A DNA stretch of 64,000 bases from assembly GCA_965113315.1 (NCBI GenBank), contig OZ220363.1; one strand, written 5' to 3'. Positions 60,005-64,000 of the stretch are shown piece by piece (positions within the stretch are counted from its first letter, which is position 1; each line of letters begins with the position of its first letter). Made by a program: the position numbers and the translations under genes. Origin of the DNA: Podarcis vaucheri. Lineage: Eukaryota. Under the pieces are notes generated by a model, which was not told where the DNA came from, did not search any database, and worked only from the letters and a program-made list of their open reading frames with translations.

Positions 60005-61458
60005 ATTAATGGCATTTTTAAAAATGTGGAGAGTTTTGTTGTTGTTTTTTAAAGAAAAATGTTACTAGTAGCTGCAGCAGGAACTTAGGGAAGAGGGTTT
60101 AACACTCTCCGCCGCCTCCCACCATGATCCCATGGTCTTGAATATTGTCCAGCTGAAGCAGCTATTTGCAGAGAGGAGACTTCCCTCCAGATACAAATGG
60201 CAATTATAGGAGCACAATTTTCATTAGGAGGGGAAAGGGTTAAACTCGCCCCTCTTCACCCCTCAGGGTCCTGCTGCTGTTAAGCACCCCCTGCCCATGG
60301 CTATTTCATTTGTAAACAAAGCTTCAAGTTAATCATATTCACGCAATTAGTGTCACATCTAGTTTGACCCTTAGTTTTCCATATTTAAGCAACTTTGACA
60401 AGGAGAAATATTCAACTGAGCAATCCCTCTCTTGGAGTAAGAAACTAGTACACTCTGCCAAAAGCTGAACTACATGACTGTGCTGCTTGTGTATCTTGGC
60501 ACTAAAAAGAACATTTTAATTGCAATTTCTCCCTCTGTCTCTGATCTCTTTCAATCCACCTTCCTCTCATTTATGATTTCTGTATGCATAGCCCCGCTAA
60601 ATGTTAATACCTGAGGCCAGAAATTGATTATAAAATGCAGCATTAACCAGCACTGTTGCCATAAGAATCTACTGCAAACTTCGGAACAGGTTAAGCACAC
60701 GGTAGATGTAAAATAAGTTCCGTTGCAGTAACACTGGAGTACAGGGCAAAAGCCAAGATCTATAGGTGTTTGGGATCACTTTCCATGGAAGGTTTTCTAA
60801 GGGTGTAGTAGCTGAACACCATTAAAGAACTGTTTAGGTCTCAGGGTCACATGAAATAAAATATTTTCTAACTTCAAGAGAAGTTCACTGCTGGAATGTT
60901 GCCCTGAGAAGTTATAGGAGGAGACTGGGATCTGTTGGGGATTTTCAGGTTTTAGTAAAGTTCTAAGGCATCACTTCAACCAGACAACCCACTGGAGGCG
61001 TTGTCATTACACATTCATTACACATTCTATGAAACTCTCCTTTGGTGGAGATGATCACTGTGGCACTTGCATGCATTTCAGCAAATATTCAAAGTAATAA
61101 AGGCAACTGTTCAATTGAATGTTCCCTTCTCAAGGATTATCTGTACCAGGAGCTTCCTATGGAATTAAAACAGTCTAAGCTAAATCTTGGTCAGAGTTTC
61201 ATCCAAGCCTATGTGACTGTAGGCAAGTCAAGGGCGGAGTGAAAGTGAGATTTTCCAGTCACATGGACTGTGGGCTAGTGCTTACTGAAAATAAGTAACG
61301 GGACTCTGCTGGATGGGGGAGCTTTTCTGAGTTTGGTTGGGCAAGGTCATTTACTGTCCTACAAGAGCATCCAGGAGCCCTAAAAATGTTGTCTTTGGAG
61401 ACTTCAACCAATGTTCTTGTAGTGTCAAAGACCTCCACAAAAGAACAGATGGAACTTC

Positions 61459-61490
61459 GTGTGTGTGTGTGTGTGTGTGGTGTGTGTGGT

Positions 61491-61542
<52 letters not shown>
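61459..61542. repeat. Compound microsatellite, interrupted (GT)n(GA)n
   Basis: Direct reading. Confidence 0.95.
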
Positions 61543-61545
<3 letters not shown>

Positions 61546-61599
61546 CCTTACAGAGGACTAAGAAGCAAGTTTGGTCTAGCAGATGAGCAAACTGACAGT

Positions 61600-62330
61600 C
61601 TGGACTTTCCCAACTGTGAGGGGTGTGAAGACAAATTTTGATGTAAGCAATCTGAACTTTGCCACAAACTTTGGGCTTCTGCAAATGGAGGATGTTCCTA
61701 TTCATGTACAGAGCAACATTCTTCTTCTTTGATGATCACAACACCTTTGGTAAAGGCTGTTCTCCAACTGGAGGGCTTGCAGGCCAGTGTTTCCCAATTG
61801 TCAGTGTTTATACTACATTTTTTAAAAGAATTTGCCTTGTGAGAGTCTTTAAACTTATTTTGTTGTCAACCAGCATTACACTTTGAATTTTTAAATCGAA
61901 ATGGAGTAGTTGCTTTGCAAGACTATAATCAGGCATCTGTACAACATGACCAGTCCAACGGATTTGATGTTGAAGAATCATTGCTTTGACACTGGTAATC
62001 TTTGCTTCTTCCAGTACACTGGCATTAGTTTGCCCGTCTTCCCATGTGGTATGTACTTTTTTTCCGGAGACACCACTGACGGAATATTTCAAGCAGTTGG
62101 AGGTGGCGTTTATAAGTGGTCCATGTTTCACAAGCATACAATAAGGTTGGTAGTACAATAGTTTTGTAAACAAGCATTTTGGTTTCCCTGGAAATGTCCT
62201 GGTCCCCAAACACTCTGCACTTCAATCAGAAGAAAGCTGCACTTGCAGAGCTCAGGTGATGCTGGATTTCAGCATCAATGTCAGCCCTTGTGGAAGGATA
62301 ACAGCTCAGGTAGGAGAAGTGATCAACGTA
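61600..62330 (-). mobile_element. RTE-clade LINE 3' fragment (pseudogenised RT C-terminus)
   Basis: Frameshifted DHFSYL...ADIDAEIQHHLSSASAAF / TKMLVYKTIVLPTLLYACETWT / WED..TNASVLEEA...QIRWTGHVVQMPD motifs characteristic of RTE elements. Confidence 0.9.
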
Positions 62331-64000
62331 GAGACAATTCAAACCTGGATCCTGGCAGAGAATAATTCTACAGACAGAACTTTTATTTGATGTGCAACAT
62401 TTCAATATTAATTTGAAAAAGGTAATTCTGTGGAGAACCCAATATGGAGAAAGCAATCTGGCGTGGATAAGGCCAGTGGAACTGAGAAGACCAAGACCAA
62501 CTGGGAAAAGATAACAATTCAGAAAGGACTTAAAACAGCAGAATCCAAGAGACATGTGACTGCAGCATTCACTGTGTGAGTATATCCCACAGTTTGTGTG
62601 TATGTATGAATGAAAGGATAGTCAGCCTAGGTAGGATACTTCACAATACATCTGGTTGTGTTTAGGGCAATGATACTAGGGTTATTCCAGAAACTATTAG
62701 CTGTGGTATATTCATTGGGAATCCAAGAAAACGCCACCCTGAACGCATTTTAACAGATGGGATTTATTCCGACAGGGCATTAACGTCAATAGGCTTTCAC
62801 TTCTAAGTTCATTGCTTCGCAATAAATGTCTTATCTGATGCCTAATAGAATACACCCTAAACACTCCATTTATAAACAATTCAATTCATCTCTCTAATAC
62901 AAGAGTTATTTTGCCTCTCACTCCTTATTCTTAGCCACAGAAGACATTTGCATGAAAATAGGATCTAGGCTCCTTAGGAGTTTCCCTGCCATCTGCTGCT
63001 ACGACTCTATCCTCACTCATTGTTTTAATTTGTGAAGCCACGAGTGCGGATGAAAGTAGAAGGTACAGTTTGAGATAAGTGTGGGAATAAGCACACAGAA
63101 CAAAAGTGACAACCTTAGTGAAATGAATGTAGCAAAAGACTTCTTAAGCACAGGGCTTTGCTGTGTGATTTCCAAGGGTATCTCCAGATGGCTCTCATTT
63201 TGGAAACTGGAAATTGCTTCAGAGTTCCCAGCCCTGGCATACAGGATACACTGGCCCATGCTCTTCCAACCTGGTCCACACAGTTTCTTTGAGGCCACTG
63301 CAGAACCAATGCAAACTGTGAAGTCGGAAGAATCAATTCATTAAACCTATAACAATGATGCTCTGTGGGGAGGAAATGTGCTTTTCCGTGGCACGGTTCT
63401 CATGATATTGGCCATGTCCTACAAAGGTGAGTTAGGATCATGAAAAGTTCCCGCATGGAGCAGCCCTAGGCATGGAAACCGGTATTTGATAAGAGTATTT
63501 GGGCATCCTGAGAAACTCAGTACTATAAAAAGGAAATTAATTCAAAACCTCGGGGAAAACAGGTGGTCAGTTTTAGGTGAAACTTTGGAAAGCAGAGCAT
63601 CTGGGCAAAAGTTTAAGAGCAAAATCATGTGTTAATAACTGCTTTAAATATAAATAAATAAAGCATGCTTAACACCACCTATTGAATTTTGAAGGAAAAG
63701 CAGCCAAATTGGGGCCTGATCCACATCACGGATCCAAATTAGTTTCCCAACAACACACCCTTCCTCCCTCTAGGGACCCACAACAGCTGGTGGCAGAGGA
63801 CATTTGGTGGGAAACTGGCAAAGGCCCACAGTTGATTTTCCATTAAAGTACAGTGGGAGCATTAAGGGCAGCTTTTTAAAAGTGTGATTGATATAATGGC
63901 CCTTAGTTGCTACTGAGTGACAAGTTAGTGCTCTTCCACATCTACCTTCTTCCGTGTTTCATTGCTCACACTGTCAAAATCTCCATGCCGTTTCTTCCTT

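Noticed and set aside
55206-64000. Next upstream SEMA5B (Sema-domain) exon
   Set aside because: No matching frame found, including ORF 63017-63298 and the donor-like site near 63965; the exon presumably lies outside the window

Overview
Vertebrate genomic DNA, almost certainly from a squamate (probably a lacertid lizard, judging by the Sauria SINE copies). The window holds the 3' part of semaphorin-5B (SEMA5B) on the minus strand: 11 coding exons between 55205 and the stop at 15499. All have canonical GT-AG sites and compatible phases (1765 nt, about 587 aa). They encode the end of the PSI domain, seven thrombospondin type-1 repeats, a 15-residue stalk micro-exon, the transmembrane helix and the cytoplasmic tail; the Sema-domain exons lie beyond the right edge. 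A long AT-rich 3' UTR probably runs to about 10640. The rest is intronic or intergenic DNA with Sauria SINEs, other tRNA-derived SINEs, CR1/L2/RTE LINE fragments, hAT and Tc2-type MITEs (several with target-site duplications), an internally deleted Tc1 transposon, microsatellites and one 144-N gap. I see no evidence of a wholly new biological system. The most notable leads are cryptic in-phase exon candidates in the intron between the stalk micro-exon and the transmembrane exon, which could give a TM-less SEMA5B. Other leads are a perfect 31-bp hairpin inside a MITE and a fish/amphibian-type Tc1 remnant. Repeat family names come from my recognition, not a database search.
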